Shown here piece by piece: positions 46,039 to 55,821 of a stretch of DNA of 64,000 bases (its first letter is position 1; every line of letters begins with the position of its first letter). Location: contig JBMFRB010000001.1 of assembly GCA_049968255.1 (NCBI GenBank), positions 160,001-224,000 of the forward strand, written 5' to 3'. Origin of the DNA: Candidatus Sumerlaeaceae bacterium (lineage in GTDB: Bacteria; Sumerlaeota; Sumerlaeia; Sumerlaeales; Sumerlaeaceae). The notes below the pieces were generated by a model. The model was not told the origin of the DNA, made no database searches, and was given only the letters and a program-made list of their open reading frames with translations. The position numbers were made by a program, and so were the translations under genes.

Positions 46039-47220
46039 ATGGAAGTGAGAACTCTCAAAGCCACCGAGTTGGAGAAACTGGGGCTTCTTTACCGCAATGC
46101 CTACCGCATCGATAAGGCAACCGCACTGCAGTGGCTGGAAGGGATCGTGCCCGAGCAAACGTATGTGCTGGCTGATGCGCATCGTGTGCTGAGTGCAATC
46201 CAGATTATTCCTTACGAAGTGGTCATTGGCGAGCGAGCTGTGCCTATGGGTGGCATTGGAGGCGTGGCAACTTGGGCCGATCAACAAGGCTTTGGCTACG
46301 CGGGTCGCCTGATGGCCTCCAGCGTTCCCCGAATGCACGAGCTGGGGTGTGCGGTATCGTTCCTTTATCCGTTTTCGTACCGCTATTATGGAAAATTTGG
46401 ATGGGCTTTGGCGTCGCGGCGTGCTGTGTACACAAACATCCGCCCCCAAGATCTACCGCGCGGGAAAGAGGCCCCACGCGTGAGGGCGGTAGTGACGGAG
46501 GATGATTGGGCGCAAGCGAACACTGCCTACACCCTGGGGTTCCGCACGTACAATTGTTTGGCAAAACGTGGGCCACGCGAATGGAATCAACAGAAAAAGA
46601 AAGTTGCGGAGTCGCGCTACCATGCCTATCTGGTGCTGGACGAGGGGGGAAACGGCCAAGGTTATTTCACATGCGAAGATGTTCAGCTCGGGCCGTTCGC
46701 TTACGAGACTGTGGTGAAGGATTTCATTTGCGCCGACGCTTCTGCCTGTCGCGAAGTGATCAGTTTTCTCGCACAGCTTCCGACGAACGTGACAAAAGTG
46801 ACCATTGGTCTGCCCGAGAAACCTTGGCTTTGGCAGTTTTTCAAAGAGCCGTTCGTGGAGACGCGCATGGATCCATGGTTTATGGCACGTGTCGTAGATG
46901 TGGAAAAGGCCTGCAGTGCGCGCGGCTATGCTTGCACCAGCCCCGTGGATGTTAGTTTTGCGCTGCACGACACATATGGTCCCTGGAACGAGGGAACTTG
47001 GCATCTGCACGTGGATAACGGCCATGGGATTATCGAACGCACCAGTAAAACGGCGGAGCTCGACCTTTCCATCGGGCAATTTTCCGCGATTTTTGTCGGT
47101 TTCTCCGATCCGCTCGAGCTAGTCGAACACGGCGAGCTTCCAGTCAGCAGCGCAAATGCGGCGACACGAATGGCGGAAATCTTCCACGACAAGCCGACTC
47201 ATCTCATTGATTTCTTTTGA
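46039..47220 (+). CDS. Eis-like GNAT acetyltransferase
   Basis: GIGGVATWADQQGFGYA, LYPFSYRYYGKFGW, MARVVDV, C-terminal SCP2-like domain ending in DFF. Confidence 0.9.
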   Translation: MEVRTLKATELEKLGLLYRNAYRIDKATALQWLEGIVPEQTYVLADAHRVLSAIQIIPYEVVIGERAVPMGGIGGVATWADQQGFGYAGRLMASSVPRMHELGCAVSFLYPFSYRYYGKFGWALASRRAVYTNIRPQDLPRGKEAPRVRAVVTEDDWAQANTAYTLGFRTYNCLAKRGPREWNQQKKKVAESRYHAYLVLDEGGNGQGYFTCEDVQLGPFAYETVVKDFICADASACREVISFLAQLPTNVTKVTIGLPEKPWLWQFFKEPFVETRMDPWFMARVVDVEKACSARGYACTSPVDVSFALHDTYGPWNEGTWHLHVDNGHGIIERTSKTAELDLSIGQFSAIFVGFSDPLELVEHGELPVSSANAATRMAEIFHDKPTHLIDFF

Positions 47221-47298
47221 GAAAATGAGAGGGGGGGCAGCCACACTTCGCTTGAATGATTGACTCAGTGCCTGTAGTGCGCGAGAAGCCGTGACGCG

Positions 47299-48792
47299 AT
47301 GGCTCGCGAGAACATTTTGATCGTAAGCTACGACTTCCCGCCGGCGCTTTCTGGAGTGAGGCGGGTTGTCAAATTTGCGAAGTATCTTCCGGAGTTTGGT
47401 TATCACCCGATCGTTCTCGCAGCGACAGCGGTTCCCACCCAGCCGATGGATCGGCTTGCTGAGCAAGAGGTGATCGCCTGCGGTTATCCTGTTTACCGAA
47501 CCGCCGCTTGTGACCTAAACCACGTCTGGGCCGCTATGGCGTCTGTAGGGCCCGCCATGAGAGCCCTGAAACAGAGGCTCATGGCCAAACTTGATCTTTC
47601 CGCAAGTGAGCATTTGGCGCACTTGAGCAAAGAAAGAAGTGAACAAGTTGAAATAGGACCGCAAGTTTTCGCAGAGGCCCCATTGAGCGCGAGAAGCGAA
47701 ACCTCATCGCGTTTGCGTCCATGGCTGCGGTTGTTCGCCAAACAAGCACGCCGTTGGCTTTATTTTCCTGACGATCGTGTGGGTTGGCTGCCGTTTGCCA
47801 TTCCGACGGCAAATCACATTTTGGACACGCGGCCGGTCCGTTATGTTCTCACAACGTCGTATCCAAACTCCACGCATTTGGTCGGTCTGAGCTTGAAGCG
47901 CAAGTACCGCCTTTTCTGGATTGCTGACTTTCGTGATGGTTGGACAACCAACCCGTATTTTGCGAATTATCCGACACGTGTGCATCGGCTGCTCAACAAG
48001 CGGTGGGAACGCGCAGTGGCACGGGAGGCTGATCTGCTGCTCGCCGTGAGCGAGCCGATCGCGGAGCACCTCCGCGAGCTATCTTGCGATCCGGGGAAGG
48101 TGCACGTGATTGCGAACGGTTTCGATCCGGACGACTATCCACCGGTGCTGGCACCGGCCAACGACAAATTTACGCTGGTCTACACCGGCACTCTTTTCGG
48201 CCAACGCTCTCCTGAGCCACTCTTCGCAGCCATGCGCATCTTATTCGATAAATATCCCAAGCTGGAAGACGAGTTTCAGGTGGTGCTGCTGGCGCAGCTT
48301 CAACCCGAACATTATGCAATGCTTGAGCGCTATGGTCTTGCAGGAAAAGCGCTCAAGGGCGGAAAACTCGTTTCTCATCGTGAGGCGATCGAGGCCCAAT
48401 GGCGTGCTGATGCGCTTCTGGCAATCGAGGGAGCTGCATTGCATGGAGAGATGATGCTGACGCAGAAAGTCTTCGAGTATATGGCCGCCGGCAAGCCCGT
48501 GCTGGCAATTACACCAGAAAATGCGCTTGCGCGCATCGTGCGCCACACAGGGATTGGCTGCGTAGTGTCCCCCGACGATATTGAACTGCTCGTGACAAGG
48601 CTGTATGAGCTTTTTATGGGAACGTTCCCATATCGGCCGCAAAGCGAAATTATAACAAAATATCATCGGCGAAATCAAGCGGCGCAGCTTGCCCACTTGC
48701 TGGAGAGGCTGCGCGCCAATGAAATCTCGGCATTGCGCGGCAAGGGGGATAACCGGGTACAAGAAGGCCCCCATGAATATTGGACCAAATAA
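47299..48792 (+). CDS. Glycosyltransferase family 4
   Basis: YDFPP..SGVRR..KFAKYL, ADFRDGW, IANGFD, YTGTL, KVFEYMAAGKPVL. Confidence 0.9.
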   Translation: MARENILIVSYDFPPALSGVRRVVKFAKYLPEFGYHPIVLAATAVPTQPMDRLAEQEVIACGYPVYRTAACDLNHVWAAMASVGPAMRALKQRLMAKLDLSASEHLAHLSKERSEQVEIGPQVFAEAPLSARSETSSRLRPWLRLFAKQARRWLYFPDDRVGWLPFAIPTANHILDTRPVRYVLTTSYPNSTHLVGLSLKRKYRLFWIADFRDGWTTNPYFANYPTRVHRLLNKRWERAVAREADLLLAVSEPIAEHLRELSCDPGKVHVIANGFDPDDYPPVLAPANDKFTLVYTGTLFGQRSPEPLFAAMRILFDKYPKLEDEFQVVLLAQLQPEHYAMLERYGLAGKALKGGKLVSHREAIEAQWRADALLAIEGAALHGEMMLTQKVFEYMAAGKPVLAITPENALARIVRHTGIGCVVSPDDIELLVTRLYELFMGTFPYRPQSEIITKYHRRNQAAQLAHLLERLRANEISALRGKGDNRVQEGPHEYWTK

Positions 48793-48856
48793 GTACTATT
48801 ATAAAACATCTCTGGTAATAACAAATCATCGCGGACAATGAAAGGAGAGCGAAACT

Positions 48857-49489
48857 ATGTCGTCCCCAGAGGGGAACAATGTCGCCTCACTCTCGGAACG
48901 GAGCCAGCGAGCCTTAGCTCGCCTGCAAGAAATTTTCCAGGTCTCGTGGATCCCCGAAGGACTTCGCGCTTTTGCGCTTTCGGAAAATGGCATTAACGAT
49001 CTCTACATGAATCTGAATCGTCATTTGCAGGACGGCAAACTTAGTCGGAAAGAAAAACTGCTCGTAGCACTCGGCGTCGCCGCGGCGACGGGCTCAAGGG
49101 ATGCGATGCGTTTTCTTCGCGATGCAGCAATTGCCGCAGGGGCAAGCCAGACCGACGCGACTGAGACGCTTGCCAGTGCTGTGGCGTGCAGCATCTATAA
49201 CGGCTATTACAAATTCCGCAGCTTGGTGCCGGAGGAGTTTGCACCTGCATTTGCGGAATTCAAGGCATCGTTCAACGCCACTATGTTTGTGAAACCGCCT
49301 TTCGACGAGAAATTGGTCGAGGCGATTTGCATTGCCGTCTCCACTGTGAACAATTGCAAGAAGTGTGTCGAGGGCCACGTGGCGAAAGCGAAAAGCCTGG
49401 GCCTGAGCGATGAGCAGATTGACGAGGTTCTCAAGGCGGGAACTGTGGCCTTTGGGTTCGCGCTCGCCTGTGAGACGTGCTCGTGCTGA
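48857..49489 (+). CDS. ahpD: Alkyl hydroperoxide reductase AhpD (CMD family)
   Basis: Two CMD halves, VSTVNNCKKCVEGH active-site motif; directly upstream of ahpC. RBS AAAGGAG. Confidence 0.85.
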   Translation: MSSPEGNNVASLSERSQRALARLQEIFQVSWIPEGLRAFALSENGINDLYMNLNRHLQDGKLSRKEKLLVALGVAAATGSRDAMRFLRDAAIAAGASQTDATETLASAVACSIYNGYYKFRSLVPEEFAPAFAEFKASFNATMFVKPPFDEKLVEAICIAVSTVNNCKKCVEGHVAKAKSLGLSDEQIDEVLKAGTVAFGFALACETCSC

Positions 49490-49596
49490 GCTTGCAGGTC
49501 GTCGCCGTTTTTCGCGAAGTTCCGAAATGAAGAGAGTGTGGTCATGGTAAATATGACCGGATCGGTACGACAACTACCAGCGAAAGGAAAAGGAGT

Positions 49597-50124
49597 ATGA
49601 TCACAGTTGGTCAAAAGTGCCCGGATTTCAAACTCAAGGCTCTTGTAGGTGAAGACATTAGCCAGACAGTTTCCCTTGAGGACTATAAAGGGAAGTGGCT
49701 GGTCATCTACTTTTATCCCCTGGACTTCACATTTGTTTGCCCCACGGAAATCAAAGGGTTCAGCGATGCGGTTCCAGATTTCGAAGACCGCAATTGTGCG
49801 GTCATTGGTGGCTCATGCGACAGCGTTTACAGCCATCTCGGCTGGGTCCGTGCCAAGGAAGAATTGAAAGGTTTGAAGCACCCACTCTTCTCTGACTACA
49901 CGAAGTCGTTCTCGCGCGCTCTTGGCATTCTCGATGAAGAGTTGGGTGTGAGCCGCAGGGCCACCTTTATTGTGGATCCCGACGGAATCGTGCGTTTTGT
50001 TTACGTTACGGATCTGAACGTTGGGCGTGATCCCAAAGAGGTATTGCGGGTGCTTGATGCGCTGCAGAGCGGCGAGCTCTGCCCGTGTGGTTGGAAGCCT
50101 GGCGATCCGACCATCAAACTATAA
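49597..50124 (+). CDS. ahpC: Peroxiredoxin AhpC
   Basis: FYPLDFTFVCPTE, RATFIVDP, ELCPCGW (CxC tail of AhpD-partnered AhpC). Confidence 0.95.
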   Translation: MITVGQKCPDFKLKALVGEDISQTVSLEDYKGKWLVIYFYPLDFTFVCPTEIKGFSDAVPDFEDRNCAVIGGSCDSVYSHLGWVRAKEELKGLKHPLFSDYTKSFSRALGILDEELGVSRRATFIVDPDGIVRFVYVTDLNVGRDPKEVLRVLDALQSGELCPCGWKPGDPTIKL

Positions 50125-50152
50125 AATTTTCTCGTAACAAGATACTCAGCAG

Positions 50153-50199
50153 CAAGCCGGTGTCCGTCCTCCGCGGTCGGCCACCGGCTTGTACATTTT
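50153..50199. terminator. Hairpin between convergent ahpC and thiG
   Basis: CAAGCCGGTG...CACCGGCTTG stem followed by TACATTTT. Confidence 0.55.
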
Positions 50200-50231
50200 G
50201 AACCCACGCGTAATTGGGCCGAGGCCTTTTC

Positions 50232-51035
50232 TCAGAAATCTTTCATAGGGCTGCTTGCCGAAGCATAGCGCTTTTTGGGAATCCGGCCAGCAAGGTAAGC
50301 AAGTCGCCCAGCTTCGCAGGCTAGCTTCATGGCGCGAGCCATCTTGACGGGATCCTGTGCACAAGCGATGCCAGTATTGAGAAGGACGCCATCCACACCC
50401 AGCTCCATCGCGATAGCGACGTCGGAAGCTGTGCCAACTCCTGCGTCCACGATGATCGGGACTTTGGCATTTTCCAAAATAATGGAGATATTTGTGGGAT
50501 TCAAAATGCCGAGCCCGCTACCTATGGGGGAACCGAGAGGCATCACGGCTGTTGCACCCGCCTCTTCGAGTTTTTTTGCGATGACGGGGTCATCGTTGGT
50601 GTAGGCCAGAACCTTGAATCCTTCCTTCACTAGCAGCTTTGTGGCCTCCAGCGTTTCAAGGGGATCCGGCAGAAGCGTTTTCTGTTCGCTAAGAACTTCG
50701 AGCTTGACCATATCACCGAGGCCAAGTTCGCGCGCCAGCAGGCACACTTTGATCGCGTCTTCCTTAGCAAAGCAGCCAGCCGTATTGGGCAGGATCGTGT
50801 ATTTTTGGCGATCGAGATAATCGAGGAGATTCTTCTGGCCGCGCTTATGAGCATCGAGGTCCACGCGGCGCAGCGCCACTGTGACGACTTCGCACCCAGA
50901 GGCTTCGAGCGCTTCGACCATGAGTTCAAACGATGCGTACTTACCGGTACCGACGAAGAGGCGTGAACGGAATTCGCGTCCTCCGAGGACCAGCGGTTTG
51001 TCTGCCGGCAAAGGGCGGGCGTTGTCACTTGTCAT
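50232..51035 (-). CDS. thiG: Thiazole synthase
   Basis: [47 protein letters not shown]. Confidence 0.96.
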   Translation of the reverse strand: MTSDNARPLPADKPLVLGGREFRSRLFVGTGKYASFELMVEALEASGCEVVTVALRRVDLDAHKRGQKNLLDYLDRQKYTILPNTAGCFAKEDAIKVCLLARELGLGDMVKLEVLSEQKTLLPDPLETLEATKLLVKEGFKVLAYTNDDPVIAKKLEEAGATAVMPLGSPIGSGLGILNPTNISIILENAKVPIIVDAGVGTASDVAIAMELGVDGVLLNTGIACAQDPVKMARAMKLACEAGRLAYLAGRIPKKRYASASSPMKDF

Positions 51036-51169
51036 GGGTCTTGTTCATCCTTTCCAGAGGCGGAAAACCAGTGGACAATCGTGTGTCCCACTTCAGCTTT
51101 TGCGCAAAACTTAGGTAAAAACGAAGCGGGCTTTTCTATTCAGCCTCTTTGCAACGCACGTCCAGTCAC

Positions 51170-52495
51170 TCAGTTTTTTTTCTTTGTCATTTCCTTCTCG
51201 GCAGGCCGCAAAATAAACATCAAAGGACGCCAGGCTCGCTTTCGCCATGCGGCCTCGTTATGAGCTGCTCCGACGTCTTCGAAATGCTCGAACTCCCCAC
51301 CCTCCGTCCAAGCCTTCTGGCGCGCTAATACAGCAAATTCGCGCGTTTCAACCACACCATCGTCCTGAATGCCGGCGGTGCCAGAGTCGATATAGAGCCG
51401 AAATTTCCCGCGCCCATGCTGACGAACCACATCAAGAAGGGTGTGGCCTTTCGCGTCAGGTATCCAGAACGACGTGGATAATGCAGCCACGTTTCCAAAT
51501 ACGTCGGGATAGGCGTAGCCACCATAAATGGAAATCATGCCTCCCATACTGGAGCCCATGAGCGAGGTGTATTCGCGTGGCGGACGCGTGCGAAATTCGC
51601 GATCGATGGTGGGCTTGACGACCTCGACAAGGAATCTAAGGTAAGGCGAGGGCTGCAGAGCGAGGATGTCGTCGCCAATTCCGTACTCTGCCCGCCGCGC
51701 ACTCGAGTTGGGAATTCCCACAAGGATGGCTCGCGGAATGGTGGTGTTCTCTTCAAGAAGGCGATTGAGACGCCAGCCCCCATGGCCAAAGCAGCAAGAA
51801 TCGTCGTCCCAAACATTCTGGCCGTCGTGCAGATAGACGACTGGATAGCGCCGCCTGAGGCCTGCTTTTGCGTAACCGGGGGGAAGATAAACGAAAAGGG
51901 GACGGGACGCGATCGTGGCGCTTGTTTCAGGAACATCGGGCGGATACCAGAAGCGCCTTTTGCTGAGAAGCAGCTGACCTCGACTTGGGTCAGGCACAGT
52001 ATCGCCGTAGACAAGCTTGCCTCCGTAGAATTTCACAGGGATCCATTTTTGGTGGAATTTTGGGGGAAGGCCTTCGACAGAAAAGGTTACAGGTTCACCG
52101 GTCTTCTGCTGGGGCGTCATAAATTTGACGGGATCGTACTTGGCATTACCAACAATGAGAATGGAATTTCTTCCGCCAAAACCATCAGGGACGTAGTGAG
52201 GATTTTTTGGATCCTCGAACCAGCGCTTTCCTCCATCGACGACAAATTTGTAAAGATATATCCCCTCAGGAAGCGACACCTTGACGGAGTAACTGCCATC
52301 CTGCTGCTTTTCCATCGGGATGGCATTCGTCTCCCATTTGCAAAAATCACCTGTGAGGGTGACGGTGGTTGCATCGGTCGGCGGGACAAAACCCAAGCGG
52401 ACGTCGTATTTCCGTTTCTCGGCAGAAAAGACCATAGAAGCCACTCCCAGAAGGGTGAGAAGAATAAGACTGGTATGGAGTTTTGGTTGTTTCAT
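51170..52495 (-). CDS. Exported CBM48/AMPK-like glycogen-binding domain fused to an alpha/beta hydrolase esterase
   Basis: Signal peptide; VTLTGDFCKW...YKFVVDG..WFEDP..DGFGGRNS; YLHDGQN, GSSMGG, YIDSG, AHNEAAW. Confidence 0.85.
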   Translation of the reverse strand: MKQPKLHTSLILLTLLGVASMVFSAEKRKYDVRLGFVPPTDATTVTLTGDFCKWETNAIPMEKQQDGSYSVKVSLPEGIYLYKFVVDGGKRWFEDPKNPHYVPDGFGGRNSILIVGNAKYDPVKFMTPQQKTGEPVTFSVEGLPPKFHQKWIPVKFYGGKLVYGDTVPDPSRGQLLLSKRRFWYPPDVPETSATIASRPLFVYLPPGYAKAGLRRRYPVVYLHDGQNVWDDDSCCFGHGGWRLNRLLEENTTIPRAILVGIPNSSARRAEYGIGDDILALQPSPYLRFLVEVVKPTIDREFRTRPPREYTSLMGSSMGGMISIYGGYAYPDVFGNVAALSTSFWIPDAKGHTLLDVVRQHGRGKFRLYIDSGTAGIQDDGVVETREFAVLARQKAWTEGGEFEHFEDVGAAHNEAAWRKRAWRPLMFILRPAEKEMTKKKN

Positions 52496-52717
52496 GCGTC
52501 TATCGAATCGTTTCAACCATCGCTCGTCGAGTAAAAAAATGGATCTGCAAGCTTTGCCAAACGGTGATTTCTGTCGCACGGTTCTCAGAATCCTGAAAGA
52601 AACGTGCCTAACGATTGACGTCTGCGCCCTTCTGACTTGCATTTGCTTCAAAGATTGCCAGCTACTGCTAACGATCTAGCCACAAGAGAGGCCTAGAACG
52701 AAAGCTGACACACAACG

Positions 52718-52746
52718 TTGACGCGTTATGGCTGCGGCAATATAAA
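52718..52746 (+). promoter_or_regulatory. Sigma70 promoter for the prepilin cluster
   Basis: TTGACG-N17-TATAAA about 50 nt upstream of the start. Confidence 0.65.
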
Positions 52747-52796
52747 GAGGGTGAGCACGGTGGAGTCGGGCCGGCGCCCAGTGAGCTAATTTCTGA

Positions 52797-53387
52797 ATGC
52801 AGCGAAATAAGGTACATAGGCGGGGTTTCACGCTGATTGAGCTGATCGTGGTCATCGCGATCATGACATTGCTGTCTCTTGTCTCCGTGAATGCCTACAT
52901 AAGCCTGACGGCTGCGAGGCGGGCACGGGCAGGGGCTGAAATGCTTGCGAGCACGCTGGCCGCTGCACGATCGGACGCGATTTCGCAACAAGTGCCTTTT
53001 CGGGTTGTGATTCAGCGACTCGATCCGCTGACCAATACCCCGCGGCCGGCGTTTTGGATTGACGAAATAGATCCCTCGGTGCCCACGACAACCCTTTATC
53101 CTACGGCTACTCAGTTGGCTACGGGCGTGCGACGACAACAGGTGCGAGGGGTAATCTCGCCGCCAGAAGGAACAGTGGTTAGCAGTGTGATTGTGGGAAC
53201 TACGAGCACGATGACCGCACCGCCAAACCCAGCTTATGCGCTCGTGGTTTTCTCCCCGAGCGGGGCTTCAAACTACGCTTCTATCCAAGTCGAAGACACG
53301 CGAGCCCGCGACGCGAGCATCCGAACCGCCAGCGTCACGGTTTATCCGGCGACAGGAAGAGCGAGCGTACAAGGAGGCGGCTTGTGA
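52797..53387 (+). CDS. Minor (pseudo)pilin, GspH/FimT-like
   Basis: Class III signal RRG|FTLIE, ARSDAI, VVFSPSG, VYPATGR. Confidence 0.85.
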   Translation: MQRNKVHRRGFTLIELIVVIAIMTLLSLVSVNAYISLTAARRARAGAEMLASTLAAARSDAISQQVPFRVVIQRLDPLTNTPRPAFWIDEIDPSVPTTTLYPTATQLATGVRRQQVRGVISPPEGTVVSSVIVGTTSTMTAPPNPAYALVVFSPSGASNYASIQVEDTRARDASIRTASVTVYPATGRASVQGGGL

Positions 53388-53812
53388 AACCGAGCGTCGT
53401 AAGCGGCCGCGCGTTCAGCCTCGTCGAGGCTCTCATTGCACTGACCATTCTCTTGGTGGGGATTATCGCAGTGGTGCAGATTTTCCCGTTGCTCTTCGAG
53501 TCGAGCACGCGGGCAACACTTCTCACGCGTGCGGCCTTGCTTGCGCAAACCAAGGCAAACGAAATCCAACGCGATGACGATACGAGTCACACCCTAGCCA
53601 CCGCCATCGCGAACCGGACCACTCCAACACAGCCCGTCGTTTTTCCTGACGAACCAGCCCTGAGCTATTGCTTCAGCGGAAAATCGTTGCTGTATCCAGA
53701 AACGGATCCAGTGAATGGCTCCCCAAATGTGGCACGCGTCATTGTGCGTTATTCGTCAACCTACCGCCCCAGCGAGGACGTTCTCTATGAGCTGCAGTTC
53801 TACAAACCGTGA
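53384..53812 (+). CDS. Minor (pseudo)pilin, GspI/PilV-like
   Basis: GRA|FSLVEALIAL; GTGA overlap. Confidence 0.8.
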   Translation: MKPSVVSGRAFSLVEALIALTILLVGIIAVVQIFPLLFESSTRATLLTRAALLAQTKANEIQRDDDTSHTLATAIANRTTPTQPVVFPDEPALSYCFSGKSLLYPETDPVNGSPNVARVIVRYSSTYRPSEDVLYELQFYKP

Positions 53813-53837
53813 GGGCGGCCGTCTGGCTATTCGGGCG

Positions 53838-54713
53838 ATGGCAGCACCCCGCGGCTTGACGTTGGTCGAGCTGCTCGTGGCGCTCCTGTTTGTCGCTGCT
53901 GTAATGGGCGGAGCCATTGTGGCGTTTGTGGCATTGCAGCGCCATTCGAGGGAGACAAAGGCACGCCTTTCAGCCATGGCAGAGGCACGCTTTGCTCTGC
54001 AAAGCCTGTCACACGACTTGGCGCAGGCGCAACTAGGCCCGCCTTCCGCCTTCCCCCAGAACCTTTTCATCGGCGCCAATTCAGTTCTCGCTGAAGGCAA
54101 TCGCAAGGACGACGATGGCGACGACAGAATTGACGAGGAGGTTTACGACGGCATCGATGATGACGTTGACTGGAGTTCCACTGACGATCGCCATGCCCAG
54201 ATCACGCCGGCACTTTTCGAGCGTCCGCAAGGACGCGGCTTTCCGGACCTCGGAGATAGGCACGTGGACGAGGATACAAAATTTGGCCACGCCGATCTTC
54301 GGTTCCGCATTCCTGGCCAAACGACAGGTACCGTTGTGGAAGTGCATTACTACGTTGGGGACTTCGATGGGAAATCCAATGTCCTCATTCGCGAAGAGGT
54401 CACGAGCGCAGGGGTTGAAGCAGGGCCCATCGCGTTTGACGTCCTTTCTTTCACCGCGCTGTTCTGGGACGCAAACCCGCCGCCGGGACCTCTGCGCAAG
54501 TGGGTCACGGCGTGGGATTCGACACAGATCAACCCAGCGACCGAAGTGCCACTGCCGGTAAGTGTGGCACTGGAAGTGACTGTTTACGCGGGCACTCGAC
54601 CGTACCAATCGCTGAAGCCCACCGAGCCGATTGAGACCGTCCGCCTGACCACCGTGATCAACGTGGAAGCCGCCTTATGGCACCCGAATTATCAGCGCAA
54701 CACACTCCCCTAG
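53838..54713 (+). CDS. Minor (pseudo)pilin, GspJ/PilW-like, with Asp-rich insert
   Basis: PRG|LTLVELLVAL, ARFALQSLSHDL, VHYYV...LIRE, C-terminal LPVSVALEV. Confidence 0.8.
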   Translation: MAAPRGLTLVELLVALLFVAAVMGGAIVAFVALQRHSRETKARLSAMAEARFALQSLSHDLAQAQLGPPSAFPQNLFIGANSVLAEGNRKDDDGDDRIDEEVYDGIDDDVDWSSTDDRHAQITPALFERPQGRGFPDLGDRHVDEDTKFGHADLRFRIPGQTTGTVVEVHYYVGDFDGKSNVLIREEVTSAGVEAGPIAFDVLSFTALFWDANPPPGPLRKWVTAWDSTQINPATEVPLPVSVALEVTVYAGTRPYQSLKPTEPIETVRLTTVINVEAALWHPNYQRNTLP

Positions 54714-54855
54714 CCTCTCTTTTGCATTTGTCCCGTACAATGCGTGCAGAGACGTCGGTTGTCACAGTGCGCTGCAAGGTGGTGGCTGGACGTTGTGCAT
54801 TCGAGACACGAAACGCGCGACGTCTCGCGGTGCCTGACCGATGGCGTTTGCTGTA

Positions 54856-55821
<966 letters not shown>

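Noticed and set aside
49487-49600. Possible selenocysteine read-through at the TGA after AhpD CETCSC
   Set aside because: No convincing SECIS hairpin, and the extension would stop out of frame at the ahpC start.
51036-51170. Possible TPP riboswitch upstream of thiG
   Set aside because: Lacks the CTGAGA and ACCTGA...GCGTAGGGA core.
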